Of a stretch of 64,000 nt of DNA, positions 37,526 to 49,238 are shown piece by piece. The position numbers and the translations under genes were made by a program. The stretch covers positions 19,282,001-19,346,000 of the forward strand of contig OZ116710.1 of NCBI GenBank assembly GCA_964199315.1. The letters run 5' to 3'. Every line of letters starts with the position of its first letter. The first letter of the stretch is position 1. The DNA is from Orbicella franksi (Eukaryota). The notes beneath the pieces are model-generated. The model saw only the letters and a list, made by a program, of their open reading frames with translations. It made no database searches and was not told where the DNA came from.

Positions 37526-37888
37526 ATGATAATCACCAGAAAATACGTTTTAAAAGACAGCCTGGAAATTCCTTCGACACAGAAAGTCTTTCAAGGATAT
37601 ATGATGCCATGTAACAGTTCTCGTAAAAAACGCAGATTGAGCAAGTCTGAACGGACACGGCAGCGCCAAGAGATGTTATGTCGAAAAGGTTCGAGAATGC
37701 TACCAGATTTTTTCCCGCTTGATGAAGAAAAGAAAGAAACCTTGAATCATCAAATCATTCTTTTAACTAAACAGATTAGCACAGTGAAGCGGTACTCCTG
37801 GGAAAATGAGGAAAGCGGAGAGTCTGAAGCGAAAACGATCGCTGAATCGTGGATGAGGTACTTTGGCCTCGAGACCTGTGATTCTTGA
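37526..37888 (+). CDS. Family member B2, 120 aa
   Basis: Intact ORF. The ancestral ATG reads CTG (37562-37564) and a new in-frame ATG lies 12 codons upstream. Confidence 0.75.
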   Translation: MIITRKYVLKDSLEIPSTQKVFQGYMMPCNSSRKKRRLSKSERTRQRQEMLCRKGSRMLPDFFPLDEEKKETLNHQIILLTKQISTVKRYSWENEESGESEAKTIAESWMRYFGLETCDS

Positions 37889-39433
37889 TGTTCTTTTAAG
37901 GACTGTGTTTGTTACCATGCCTGAAAGAAATTCGTTTGACAAAGAATGCGCATTGTCAGTTTTACGCAATATCAAAGCAGTTCATGTTAATCTCTAAGAC
38001 GAATTATAATGAGCGTGGTTTCATCTTGAGATTAGTTGAAAATGTTGCATAATAGACTCTATCAATTATTTTACCTTGCATGCCCGTGCTACTATTTGCA
38101 AACGTATCTGCTAATTGGATTCTTGTTTTTAGTTCCGTTTTTTCCCAAAACACGACTAATTGTAAACAATTTTGTTTCTTGGGTGAAACTAAACAGATTT
38201 TGACATCTTTCAATGTCACAGAAAACCTCACACACGTAGCTAAAAATAATTGTTTTGAAGCAACATCAGAACATTTATCTAATTTCGCCCTATAGGATAG
38301 CGCTGCAAGTATATTCATTAAGAAAGTAAACGATTCTGCTTCAGACAGTTGAGGTGTTGTAAATAATCATTAGGGAATCAGAGTTTGAGACTTGGTTTCG
38401 TATCACCGATGTAAAGCGAACATAAAAATCTCAAATAAACTGCTTGTAAGTAAATATCGAGAATCCTCAATCGGAGACAGAACCGAAGCTTCGGATTTTC
38501 TTCCTATTAACGGAGAGACCCGAAGTAAGTCATTGCGACTTCAATTTTTTTGGAACAATCTTGCAGTCAGATCAAATTACGCAAGATGGAAAAGAGAAAA
38601 TAAATTACGTAAGAAGGAACACTTCAAGACAGACAGAAGCTTCCCTTGAATCCATGTGTTTAGACAGTATGGAACTATTACCACAACATAACTCTAAAAA
38701 ACATTTTCGACAAAAAATCTCCTAAGTCGTCTAAATCTGAGCTTTTTGACAAATCATAGAATGCAGAAACCCGAATAGGCACAAAAGACCCGGGAGATGT
38801 CTTGAAAAGGTCCGAAAAGCTCTCCAGGTTTTTTTCCCTTATGACACACCAAGTAAAAGGAAGGCATTAGATCCGGCAAAGCACAGATAGCCAAGGGTCC
38901 ATAAAGCCCGAATGATGACTTAATCATGGAAGATGTACTTTTTGCGTCGGGGCCGGTGATACTTGGTGCTCTGTTATGTAGAAATAACCGCATACCATTC
39001 GTGTTGACGAATGACCGTCCAGTAGCACCTCAATGCTTTTCAGAGACTGGACAGGATACTTTCACGTTTTAAACAAAACCGTCGACTGAGGAATTTAGAA
39101 TGTATGCTTGTAACTTGGTTACATGAATCATTTAAGACGAGGAGATACAAACAGAATCACCCGCCAATTGTTTTAGTTCCTTTGTTGTCTGTTCTCAAGG
39201 ACGTGTGCTGTGTGTGTACGTCACTGGTTTGTTTTCAATTTCTGGGTATGATGCTGCTTCTATTTATAGTTTTGTATCACTTTAAGTAAACAGCGCCAAG
39301 TAGAAGAAATATCAGACAGTAACCGATTGTCAACAACCAAACTTGCCAAGCAAAAAGGAAGATAATCACCAGAAAATACGTTGTAAAAGACAGCATGGAA
39401 ATCCTTTCGACATAGAAAGTCTTTCAAGGATAT

Positions 39434-39718
39434 ATGATGCCATGTAACAGCTCTCGTAAAAAACGCAGATTGAGCAAATCTGAACGGACACGACAGCGCC
39501 AAGAGATGTTATGTCGAAAAGGTTCGAGAATGCTACCAGATTTTTTCCCACTTGATGAACAAAAGAAAGAAACCTTGAATCATCAAGCCATTCTTTCAAT
39601 TAAATCGATTAAAATAATGAAGAAATACTCTTGGGAAAATGAGGAAAGCGGAGAGTCTGAAGCGCAAACGATCACTGAATCGTGGATGATGTACTTTGGT
39701 GCCGAGGCCGGCCTGTGA
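39434..39718 (+). CDS. Family member B3, 94 aa, downstream of an in-frame 6-codon uORF (ATG 39395, TAG 39413-39415)
   Basis: The ORF from MMPC is intact. The ancestral start is followed by TAG at codon 7, so it could be a pseudogene. Confidence 0.55.
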   Translation: MMPCNSSRKKRRLSKSERTRQRQEMLCRKGSRMLPDFFPLDEQKKETLNHQAILSIKSIKIMKKYSWENEESGESEAQTITESWMMYFGAEAGL

Positions 39719-39991
39719 TTTTTTATGTTCTTTGGGGGACTGTGTGTGTTACCATGCCTAAGAAAAATTCGTTTGACAAAGAATGTGCGGTGTTTTTACT
39801 CAATATCAAAGCAGTTCATGTTAATATCTAAGACCTATTTTTAATGTAGTTTCAGCTTGAGATTAGTTGAAAAGGTTACATAATAGGGTGTATCAATTTT
39901 CTAACTAACATATCCGTGCTGCTATTTGAAAACGTATCTGCTAATTGATTTTTGTTTTTAGTTGCGTTTTTCCCCAAAACACGATAAACCT

Positions 39992-40042
39992 ATCGCTGAA
40001 TCGTGGATGATGTACTTTGGCTCCGAGGCCTATGATTCTTGA
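39992..40042 (+). pseudogene. Duplicated 3'-terminal fragment of a B gene (IAESWMMYFGSEAYDS*)
   Basis: The last 16 codons, the stop and the 3' flank are repeated about 320 bp after the B3 stop. Confidence 0.85.
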
Positions 40043-41115
40043 TGTTCTTTTAGAGATTTGTATGTTACCATGCCTGAACGAAATTCGTTTGACAGAGGAT
40101 GTACATTGTCTTTTACATAATAGGCTGTATCAATTTTCTAACTTGCATGTGCGTGCTGCTATTTGCAAACGTATCTGCTAATTGGATTCTTGTTTTTAGT
40201 TCCGTTTTTCTCCAAAACACGACTTATTGTAAACAATCTTGTTTCTTTGGCGGAACCATATAGATTTTGACATCTTTCAGTGTCACAGAAAACCTCACAC
40301 ACTCAGCTGAAAATAATTGTTGGGAAACAACAGCAAAACATTCATCTAATTTCGCCCTATAGAATTGCACTTCAGGCATGGTTATTAAAAACAAGGAAAC
40401 GATTCTTCTTCAAACAGTTGAGGTGTATGCAAATAGTCTTTAAGGCATCAGATTTTGAGACGTGATTTCCGTATCATCAATGTAAAGCGAACATGGAAGT
40501 CTCAAATACACGATTATTTACACAGATCGCTTGTAAGTAAATATCGAGAATCGTCAGAGACATAACCGAACTTGGCTTCGGATTTTCTTCCTTTTAATGG
40601 AGAGGCCCTTTTGGTGAACTTCTTTTCAAAACTAAGTCATAGCCAGTTTAAATTTTTGAGCAATCTTGCAGTCAGATTAAAAGATCAACGAAGATCCGAA
40701 AATTACGTAAGATAGAACACTTCAAGACAGACGAAAGCTTCCCTTGAATGCATGTTTTTAGACACTATGAATCTATTACCACAACATTACTCTAAAAAAA
40801 AACATTTTCGACAAAGCATCTCCCATGTCGTCTAACTGAGCTCTTTTGACAAACTTCAGAATGCACAAACCCGGAAGATGTCTTGTGAAAGGTTCAAAAA
40901 GCTTTGCAGTTTTTTTCCTTTATGACACACCCAGTAAAAGGGAGGCATTAGATCCGGCAAAGCATAGATAACGAAGTGTCCACAAAGCCCGAATGATGAC
41001 TTAATCGTGGAAGATGTAGTCTTGGCTTCGAGGCCGGTGATACTTGGTGCTCTGTTATGTAGAAGTAACCGCATACTATTCGTGTTGACAATTTCTGGGT
41101 ATGATGCTGCTTCTA

Positions 41116-41476
41116 AGCAATTATTGGATGAGGTTTTTGTGATACCCAGAATAATCAAGGTCGAGGAAGGGGTTATCAGCCGAAGCCGAAGGCTGAGCCT
41201 GATTATTCTTACCGAGACCTTGATTATTCTGGATATCAAAAACGGAATCTAATAATTGTTTTATTACACATTGAACGAAAAAAATGGAAGTCATGTCTTT
41301 TCTTCTTCACTGACGGCAAGCAACTCAAAGTGCGCGAACTTGACATGATTACCCGTGACCTTGAGTGTCCTTGATATGATTATTGCATAATCTACAGAGA
41401 TGACGTCACAGGCGCTGATTTCGAAAATTCACCGTACGCTTTCGGCCAATCAGAAAAGAGATAGTTCAATTTATAA
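41116..41476. mobile_element. 361-bp insertion with TA duplication upstream of B4
   Basis: Sister units read cttcTA-tttatag; here it is cttcTA-[361 bp]-TA-tttatag. There is an internal perfect 17-bp inverted repeat (41146-41162 / 41216-41232). Confidence 0.85.
41401..41450 (+). promoter_or_regulatory. Full CRE palindrome TGACGTCA (41401-41408) and CCAAT (41446-41450) inside the insertion
   Basis: Direct motif match 165-215 bp upstream of the B4 ATG. Function is untested. Confidence 0.45.
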
Positions 41477-41614
41477 TATTTATAGTTTTGTATCACTTAA
41501 AGTGAACAGCGCCGAGTTGAAGAAATATCAGACAGTACTGAATCGATTGTCAGCAACCAAACTTGCCAAGCAAAAAGGAAGATAATCACCAGAAAATACA
41601 GTTTAAAAGACAGC

Positions 41615-41941
41615 ATGGAAATCCCTTCCACACCGAAAATCTTTGAAGGATATATGATGCCATGTAACAACTCTCGTAAAAAACGCAGGTTGAGCAAATC
41701 TGAACGGACACGACAGCGCCAAGAGATGTTATGTCGAAAAGGTTCCAGAATGCTACCAGATTTTTTCCCGCTTGATGAGCAAAAGAAAGAAACCTTGAAT
41801 CAGCAAATCATTCTTTCAACCAAAGCGATTAACATAGTGAAGAAGTACTCTTGGGAAAATGAGGAAAGCGGAGAGTCTGAAGCTCAAACGATCGCTAAAT
41901 CGTGGATGATATACTTTGGCGCCGAGGCCTGTGATTCTTGA
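41615..41941 (+). CDS. Family member B4, 108 aa, intact
   Basis: ATG start MEIPSTPK, no early stop, motifs intact. Confidence 0.88.
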   Translation: MEIPSTPKIFEGYMMPCNNSRKKRRLSKSERTRQRQEMLCRKGSRMLPDFFPLDEQKKETLNQQIILSTKAINIVKKYSWENEESGESEAQTIAKSWMIYFGAEACDS

Positions 41942-42206
41942 TGTTCTTTTAGGGACTGTGTGTGTTACCATACCTGAGAAAAATTTGTTTGACAAAGAAT
42001 TTGTAATGTTTTTACTCAATATCAAAGCAGTTCATGTTAATCTCTAAGACGAATTATAATGTAGTTTCAGCTTGGGATTAGTTGAAAAGGTTACATAATA
42101 GGGTGTATCAATTTTCTAACTAACATTTTCGTGCTGCTATTTGGAAACGTATCCGCTAATTGATTCTTGTTTTTAGTTGCGTTTTTCCCCAAAACACGAT
42201 AAACGT

Positions 42207-42257
42207 ATCGCTGAATCGTGGATGATGTACTTTGGCTCCGAGGCCTATGATTCTTGA
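42207..42257 (+). pseudogene. Duplicated 3'-terminal fragment (IAESWMMYFGSEAYDS*)
   Basis: Same structure as 39992-40042, located after B4. Confidence 0.85.
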
Positions 42258-43707
42258 TGTTCTTTTAGAGATTTGTATGTTACCATGTCTGAACGAAATT
42301 CGTTTGACAGAGGATGTACATTGTCTTTTACAAAATAGGCTGTATCAATTTTCTAACTTGCATGTGCGTGCTGCTATTTGCAAACGTATCTGCTAATTGG
42401 ATTCTTGTTTTTAGTTCCGTTTTTCTCCAAAACACGACTTATTGTAAACAATCTTGTTTCTTTGGCGGAACCACACAGATTTTGATATCTTTCAGTGTCA
42501 CAGAAAACCTCACACACTTAGCTGAAAATAGTTGTTGGGAAACAACAGCAAAACATTCACCTAATTTCGCCCTATAGGATTGCACTTTAAGCATGGTTAT
42601 TAAAAACAAGGAAACGATTCTTCTTCAAACAGTTGAGGTGTATGCAAATAGTCATTTAGGCATAAGATTTTGAGACGTGATTTCCGTATCATCAATGTAA
42701 AGCGAACACGGAAGTCTCAAATACACGATTAGTTACAAAGATCGCTTGTAAGTAAATATCGAAAATCGTCAGAGACATAACCGAACTTGGCTTCGGATTT
42801 TCTTCCTTTTAATGGAGAGGCCCTTTTGGTGAACTTCTTTTCAAAACTAAGTCATAGCCAGTTTAAATTTTTGAGCAATCTTGCAGTCAGATTAAAATAT
42901 CAACGAAGATCCGAAAATTACGAAGGATAGAACACTTCAAGACAGACGAAAGCTTCCCTTGAAACCATGTTTTTAGACACTATGAAAGTATTACCACAAC
43001 AGAACTTTAAAAAAAAAAAGCATTTTCGACAAAACATCTCCCGTGTCGTCTAAAAGTGAGCTTTTTTGACAAACTACAGAATGCACAAACCCGGGAGATG
43101 TCTTGTGAAAGGTTCAAACGCTTTGCATTTTTTTTTCCTTTATGATACACCCAGTAAAAGGAAGGTATTAGATCCGGCAAAGCATAGATAACCAAGGGTC
43201 TACAAAGCCCGAATGATGATTCGGAAAGATGTGGAAGATGCAGTTTTTGCGTCGGGGCCGGTGATACTTGGTGCTCTGTTATGTAGAAATAACCGCATAC
43301 CATTCGTGTTGACGAATGACCGTCCAGTAGCACCTCAATGCTTTTCAGAGACTGGACAGGATACTTTCAAGTTTTAAAGAAAACCGTAGACTAAGGAATT
43401 TATAATGTATGCTTGTTACTTGGTAACATGAATCATTTAAGACGAGGAGATACAAACAGAACCCCCCCCCCCACCCCCAATTGTTTCAGTTCCTTTGTTG
43501 TCTGTTCTCAAGGACGTGTGCTGTGTGTGTACGTCACTGGTTTGTTTTCAATTTCTGGGTATGATGCTGCTTCTATTTATAGTTTTGTATCACTTTACGT
43601 AAACAGCGCCGAGTAGAAGAAATATCAGACAGTAACCGATTGTCAACAACCAAACTTGCCAAGCAAAAAGGAAGATAAACACCAGAAAATACAGTCTAAA
43701 AGACAGC

Positions 43708-44036
43708 ATGGAAATCCTTTCGACATAGAAAGTCTTTCAAGGATATATGATACCATGTAACAGCACTCGTACGAACCGCAGATTGAGCAAATCTGAACGG
43801 ACACGGCAGCGCCAGGGGATGTTATGTCGAAAAGGTTCCAGAATGCTACCAGATTTTTTCCCGCTTGATGAACAAAAGAAAGAAACCTTGAATCATCAAA
43901 TCATTCTTTCAACCTGAAACGGATTAAAATAGTGAAGAAATACTCTTGGGAAAATGAGGAAAGCGGAGAGTCTGAAACTCAAACGATCGCTGAATCGTAG
44001 ATGATGTACTTGGGCGTCGAGACCTGTGATTCTTGA
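43708..44036 (+). pseudogene. Family member B5-psi
   Basis: TAG at 43726-43728; a 2-bp TG insertion creating TGA at 43915-43917; the conserved Trp codon reads TAG at 43998-44000; terminal FG has become LG. Confidence 0.92.
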
Positions 44037-44301
44037 TGCTCTTTGGGGGACTGTGTGTGTTACCATGCCTGAGAAAAATTCGTTTGACAAAGAATTTGTA
44101 ATGTTTTTACTCAGTATCTAAGCAGTTTATGTTAATCTCTAGGACGAATTATAATGTAGTTTCAGCTTGAGATTAGTTGAAAAGGTTACATAATAGGGTG
44201 TATCAATTTTCTAACTAACATGTCCGTGCTGCTATTTGAAAACGTATTTGCTAATTGATTTTTGTTTTTAGTTGCGTTTTCAGCCAAAACACGATAAGCC
44301 T

Positions 44302-44352
44302 ATCGCTGAATCGTGGATGATGTACTGTGGCCTTGAAGCCTATGATTCTTGA
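44302..44352 (+). pseudogene. Duplicated 3'-terminal fragment (IAESWMMYCGLEAYDS*)
   Basis: Third copy of the internal duplication, located after B5. Confidence 0.85.
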
Positions 44353-45111
44353 TGTTCTTTTAGAGATTTGTATGTTACCATGTCTGAACGAAATTCGTTT
44401 GACAGAGGATGTACATTGTTTTTATTCAATATCAAAGCAGTTCATGTTAATCTCTAAGACGAATTACAGTGTCCTTTCATCTTGAAGATTAGTTGAAAAG
44501 TTACATAATAGACTACATCAATTTTCTGACTTGCATGCCCGTGCTGCTATTTGCAAATGTATTTGCTAATTGATTCTTGTTTCTCGTCTCGTTTTTCCCC
44601 AAAACACGACTAATTGTAAACAATTTTGTTTCTTGGGCGGATCTAAACACATTGCGACATTTTTCAGTGCCACAGAAAACCTCACACACGTAGCTGAAAG
44701 TAATTGTTTTGAAACAACATCAAAACATTCATCTAATTTCGCCCTATATGATTGCATTACATGCATGTTTATTGAAATTAAGGAAACGATTCTTCTTCAA
44801 ACAGTTGAGGTGTATGTAGATAGTCATTAAGGCATCAGATCTTGAGAAGTGTTTCCGTATCATCAATGTAAAGCGAATATGGAAGTCTCAAATAAACGAT
44901 TATTTACAAAGACCGCTTGTAAGTAAATATCGAGAATCCTCAGATAGTTTTGAATCACTTTCAGTAAACAGCGCCGAGTAGAAGAAATGTCAGACGGGAA
45001 CCGATTGTCAGCAACTGAACTTGCTAAGCAAAAAGGAAGATAACCACCAGAAAATACGTTGTAAAAGACAGCATGGAAATCCCTTCGACATAGAAAGTCT
45101 TTCAAGGATAT

Positions 45112-45399
45112 ATGATGCCATGTAACAGCTCTCGTACAAAACGCAGATTGAGCAAATCTGAATGGACACGGCAGCGCCAGGGGATGTTATGTCGAAAAGG
45201 TTCCAGAATGCTACCGGATTTTTTCCCGTTTGATGAACAAAAGAAAGAAACCTTGAATCATGAGATCATTCTTTCAACCAAAGCGATTAACATAGTGAAG
45301 AAATACTCTTGGGAAAATGAGGAAAGCAGAGAGTCTGACGCTCAAACGATCGCTGAATCGTGGATGATGTACTTTGGTCTCGAGGCCAGTGATTCTTGA
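45112..45399 (+). CDS. Family member B6, 95 aa, downstream of an in-frame uORF (ATG 45073, TAG 45091-45093)
   Basis: The ORF from MMPC is intact. The upstream region has lost about 800 bp relative to sister units, so it may be a pseudogene. Confidence 0.5.
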   Translation: MMPCNSSRTKRRLSKSEWTRQRQGMLCRKGSRMLPDFFPFDEQKKETLNHEIILSTKAINIVKKYSWENEESRESDAQTIAESWMMYFGLEASDS

Positions 45400-47659
45400 T
45401 GTTCTTTGGGGGACTGTGTGTGTTATCATGCCTGAGAAAAATTCTTTTGACAGAGAATGTGCATTGTTATATCAGAGCATGTCATGTTAATATGCAAGAC
45501 TATTTTTAATGTAGATTCAGCTTGAGATTAGTTAAAAAGGTTACATCATAGGCTATATCAATTTTCTAACTTGCATGTCCGTGCTGCTATTTGCAAACGC
45601 ATCTGCTAATTGGATTCTTCTTTTAATTTCCGTCTTTCCCCAAAACACGACCAATTGTAAACAATTTTCTTAGGCGGAACTAATTAATAAACAGATTTTG
45701 ACATCTCTCAGTGTCACACACGTCGCTGAAAATAATTAATAATGTTTTGAAGCAACATCCAAACTCTTGATCTAATTTCGTCCTTTAGGATTGTACTTCA
45801 AGCATGTTCATTAAAAACAAGGAAACGATTCTGCTTCAAACAGTTGAAGGTGTATGCAAATAATCATTAGGGAAACTGATTTTGGAGACGCGATTTCCGT
45901 ATCATTGATGTAAAGCAAACGGGGAAGTCTCAAGTAAACGATTTTTTAGAACGACCACTTTTAAGTAAAATATCGAGAATCGTCAGTCAGAGACAGAACC
46001 GAAGCTTCGGATTTTCTTCCATCCAGCGGAGAGAACCTTTTGGTGAACTTGTTTTTAAAACTAAGTCTTAGCGAGTTTATTATTTTTTTTAGCAAACTTG
46101 CATAGAGATTAAAGGTCAACTGAGATCCGGAAAATTTCGCAAGACTGAGAACACTTCAATAAAGACGACAGCTCCCACGTTTTTAGACTCTATGAAACTA
46201 TTGCCACAACGTAACTCTAAAACAACATTTTTGACAAACAAATCAAATTTTTGGCAATTTCTGCGGGGCCTCACTTCCTCATGAAATATTTATTAGAAGA
46301 TTCTAAAGAAATAGAATCAACAATCATGTGATGAAACGAGGGATTTAAAGGAAGCCAGGAAATTTGCGTTGGTTATGTTGTGAAGGCATGTATTTAGATT
46401 TTTCCCGCATTGTCGAATTTCCTGTGACTTGTTTGAAAAATTCCTGTCGCCAATATTACCAGGAGAAATATTCCTGAAATAGGCACCAAATTTACATTTT
46501 TTTTTCCATGGTTACTATTTGATTTGTTTTATATGCATTGTAACAAGCTTAGACAATCGTGTGATGATTTTGGGCAGCGGTTATGAAATGATGCGAGAGA
46601 GATTTCTCAAAATGTTTAGTCATCAACTTTCTGGGCACGGTGGTAAATTAATAAATATAGAAAGAACGTTTACCAGAATAGGGATTTTCTGCACCCGCTT
46701 TTATTATTTGCTCCACTTGACTTTCGCGAACGAGTAACCATCACTTAATATCTTACAGTTGCACCGCGATTCTCTTTCATTTTCATTTCTAAAATATTAC
46801 TCGTTTGCAGTAAAACGAGGAAAGAAAATGTTCCATTTTGACAAGGAGACATTTACAAACCCACATGTGAGGGTTGGAGTTCAATTTTGCCAGTCCTTCC
46901 AAATCATTGAAGCTGAGTTCAAAGATTTCTCTTTCGCAGTTTCGTCAATTTCAATTTTGTTCCTCTTCACCGCATAGTCCAGTTAAGTAATCCTTCTGGG
47001 TCTTTCAGGCCTCGAAGTTCAGAAGAAATACTCAATGAAGTATAACGCTTATGGCTGTGAAAATACAGTATTAATTCATTATAAATTCGATCATCTTTTT
47101 CTTAAAGCTATGAAAGCTTGTTGAATAAGTAATACATGTAGATACCGGCAGAAAATCTCAAATTTTAAGACTTTGGTAGAATGTCGTAAATTGGTTGCTA
47201 TTGATAATTACTGGCTGTTCTCGTGTAATAACTATGTACTAGACTACTTGTTACAAACAAATTGAGAAACATCGGAAGCAACAGTTGGTTATGATAATAA
47301 AATAAAAAATTAGCTATTCACGGAAATATCTAAGATGCCCAATTTAGTAAATAACGGAGCAAAATGTACTCGATGGTCTAAGTTGGTAATAGCTCACATA
47401 GCACGCTTTTGTAAATAGAAAAATCTTTTAAATTTAGTCAGATATTTAGACGGCCAGGTACAATTACAATATGTGATACAAGGATAAATTAACGTGCAGT
47501 ACAATCTTAGTTTAGTATTGAAAGACAAGTAGAATGTAGACCTAAATATTATACCAATTGTTTTAGAGTTTTGTTTACATTCATAGCTGAAAAAATATTG
47601 ACCGAGAGCATATTCCTTTCATCCAAACGTCAAGATTGATGGTTCACTGCCAAACAATG

Positions 47660-47810
47660 ACTCACCCACATGAGTGCTATTTAAGAAATAGAAAACATGT
47701 ACCGTGTTTCCATCGAGTTATAGAAACACGAGTGCAAGTTTGGGAGAACGAGAAATGCGGAGGTGAAACACGAGCCGACAGGCGAGTGTTTCCACAGCTT
47801 TTGCGAGTTC
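47660..47810. repeat. Interspersed repeat, related to 4590-4755
   Basis: gtgtttccatcgagttatagaaacacgag...gaacgagaaatg...gcgagtgtttccacagc. Confidence 0.55.
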
Positions 47811-48896
47811 TCAAATCACAGCCCATTGATCAGAATGTAAGATCAAGACCAGTTCACTGTATTTCTAAAAACTAAAAAAATGTAATATTTAATCTGGTAT
47901 CCTGTTAAAGTGACACTGAATGCTTGTCCTTGCTTATCTGTAAAAAACGTCTTTCCAGCACGAATCGAACCTATTATCTGCTTTGACGCCAATAAATGAT
48001 TTGAAGGTTGCAAACACAGCAGAACTGACGCCAAGTGTTGGTAAACGGGTTGATGGGTGGTCTCTTATTTCTCGTGTATTGAACGCCCACAGGAACTATT
48101 TGGATCAAGACGTCTAGCGCTCTTCTTGATTAAAAACAATACATTTCACACAGTAAGCTTATTGAGAGAACCTTATAAAAGCCTTAGATATACCAAAGAC
48201 AAAAAAAAGCAAACAACAGCTTTGTAGTAAACTCATCTTAAACGTTTTAATAGGCAACTTCATGCTGTGAATGTAGAACCCATTCATGATTACAAACCTC
48301 AGCAGTGTATGACAAGGTGAAGCAATTAAGTCACGGTATTGCGTTCAATATTTGAAGCCAAGAGAGATAACTGGTTCAGATGAGAAAACGATTTTCACAA
48401 AAATAACGCCGTTTTGGAAATGTTAATAATCTATAACCCTTGATAACCTATTACAGAAATGGCACTTGAATCTCCGTCGATTGAAGAGTCAGTTTAGCTG
48501 TCAAGATGGCAGCATTCGGTCAATTCTATTTTCGAACGAGCAAGGGTAAAAAAAGAAACAGCAGGAAATACGTAATGTTGTACTCATTTACGTAACTTAT
48601 GACTTCCCTCTTTCGGCCAATGAGATCGATTCACCACAGGTTTAAATACAAGCACAATCAAACTGGAAGAATTGATAACGATAGGTTTTTTGCTCCAAGT
48701 TGTACTTGACTGCGTCTGCATATTTCATCCCAAAATTTCAAGCATTTTGTGTTCATCATTATACTTGAAACTTTGCTTTGAGTAAAGGAAGTACACGAGG
48801 AGATATACTGTGCAAGTGACCGTAGCTATCAGTAGGCTAGTAAGAGGAAGCCAAGACATCACCTCATTTCAAAAGGAAGAAGAAGAACCTAAAGAT

Positions 48897-49238
48897 ATGG
48901 AAATATCTTCAACACATAACGTCTGCTATGGTCATATACTTTCATCTGACAGCTCACGTGGCAAACGTAGATTAAGCAAATCTGAGCGGACACGGAGAAG
49001 TCGAGAGATGTTTTGTAGAAAAGGTTCTAAAATACTTCCAGATTTTTTCCCACCTGACACACCAGCTGAGAGAACTCTTGATGATCAAAGTAAACTTTCT
49101 GTCAAGAGCACAAGCATGATGAAGCAGTATTCCTGGGAAAATGAAGAAAATGGACAATCTGAAGCTCAGACGATCGCTGAATCATGGATGATATACTTTG
49201 GACTTGAGGCCCGTGATAGTCTGCTGATTAGAAACTGA
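48897..49238 (+). CDS. Family member B7, 113 aa
   Basis: The track start is GTG; the first ATG at 48897 (MEISST) aligns with the B1/B4 starts. Motifs are intact. Confidence 0.87.
   Translation: MEISSTHNVCYGHILSSDSSRGKRRLSKSERTRRSREMFCRKGSKILPDFFPPDTPAERTLDDQSKLSVKSTSMMKQYSWENEENGQSEAQTIAESWMIYFGLEARDSLLIRN

Larger units (their letters stand above)
37526..46200 (+). repeat. Tandem segmental duplication array of about 1.4-2.2 kb units carrying B2-B6
   Basis: Start-equivalent positions are 37562, 39395, 41615, 43708 and 45073 (spacings 1833, 2220, 2093, 1365). The flanking non-coding DNA is nearly identical between units. Confidence 0.93.

Noticed and set aside
38004-44830. Recurrent 70-100 aa ORFs in the flanks of the B units (e.g. 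38080, 42314, 44570)
   Set aside because: They recur only because the DNA is duplicated. Starts, stops and frames differ among copies.
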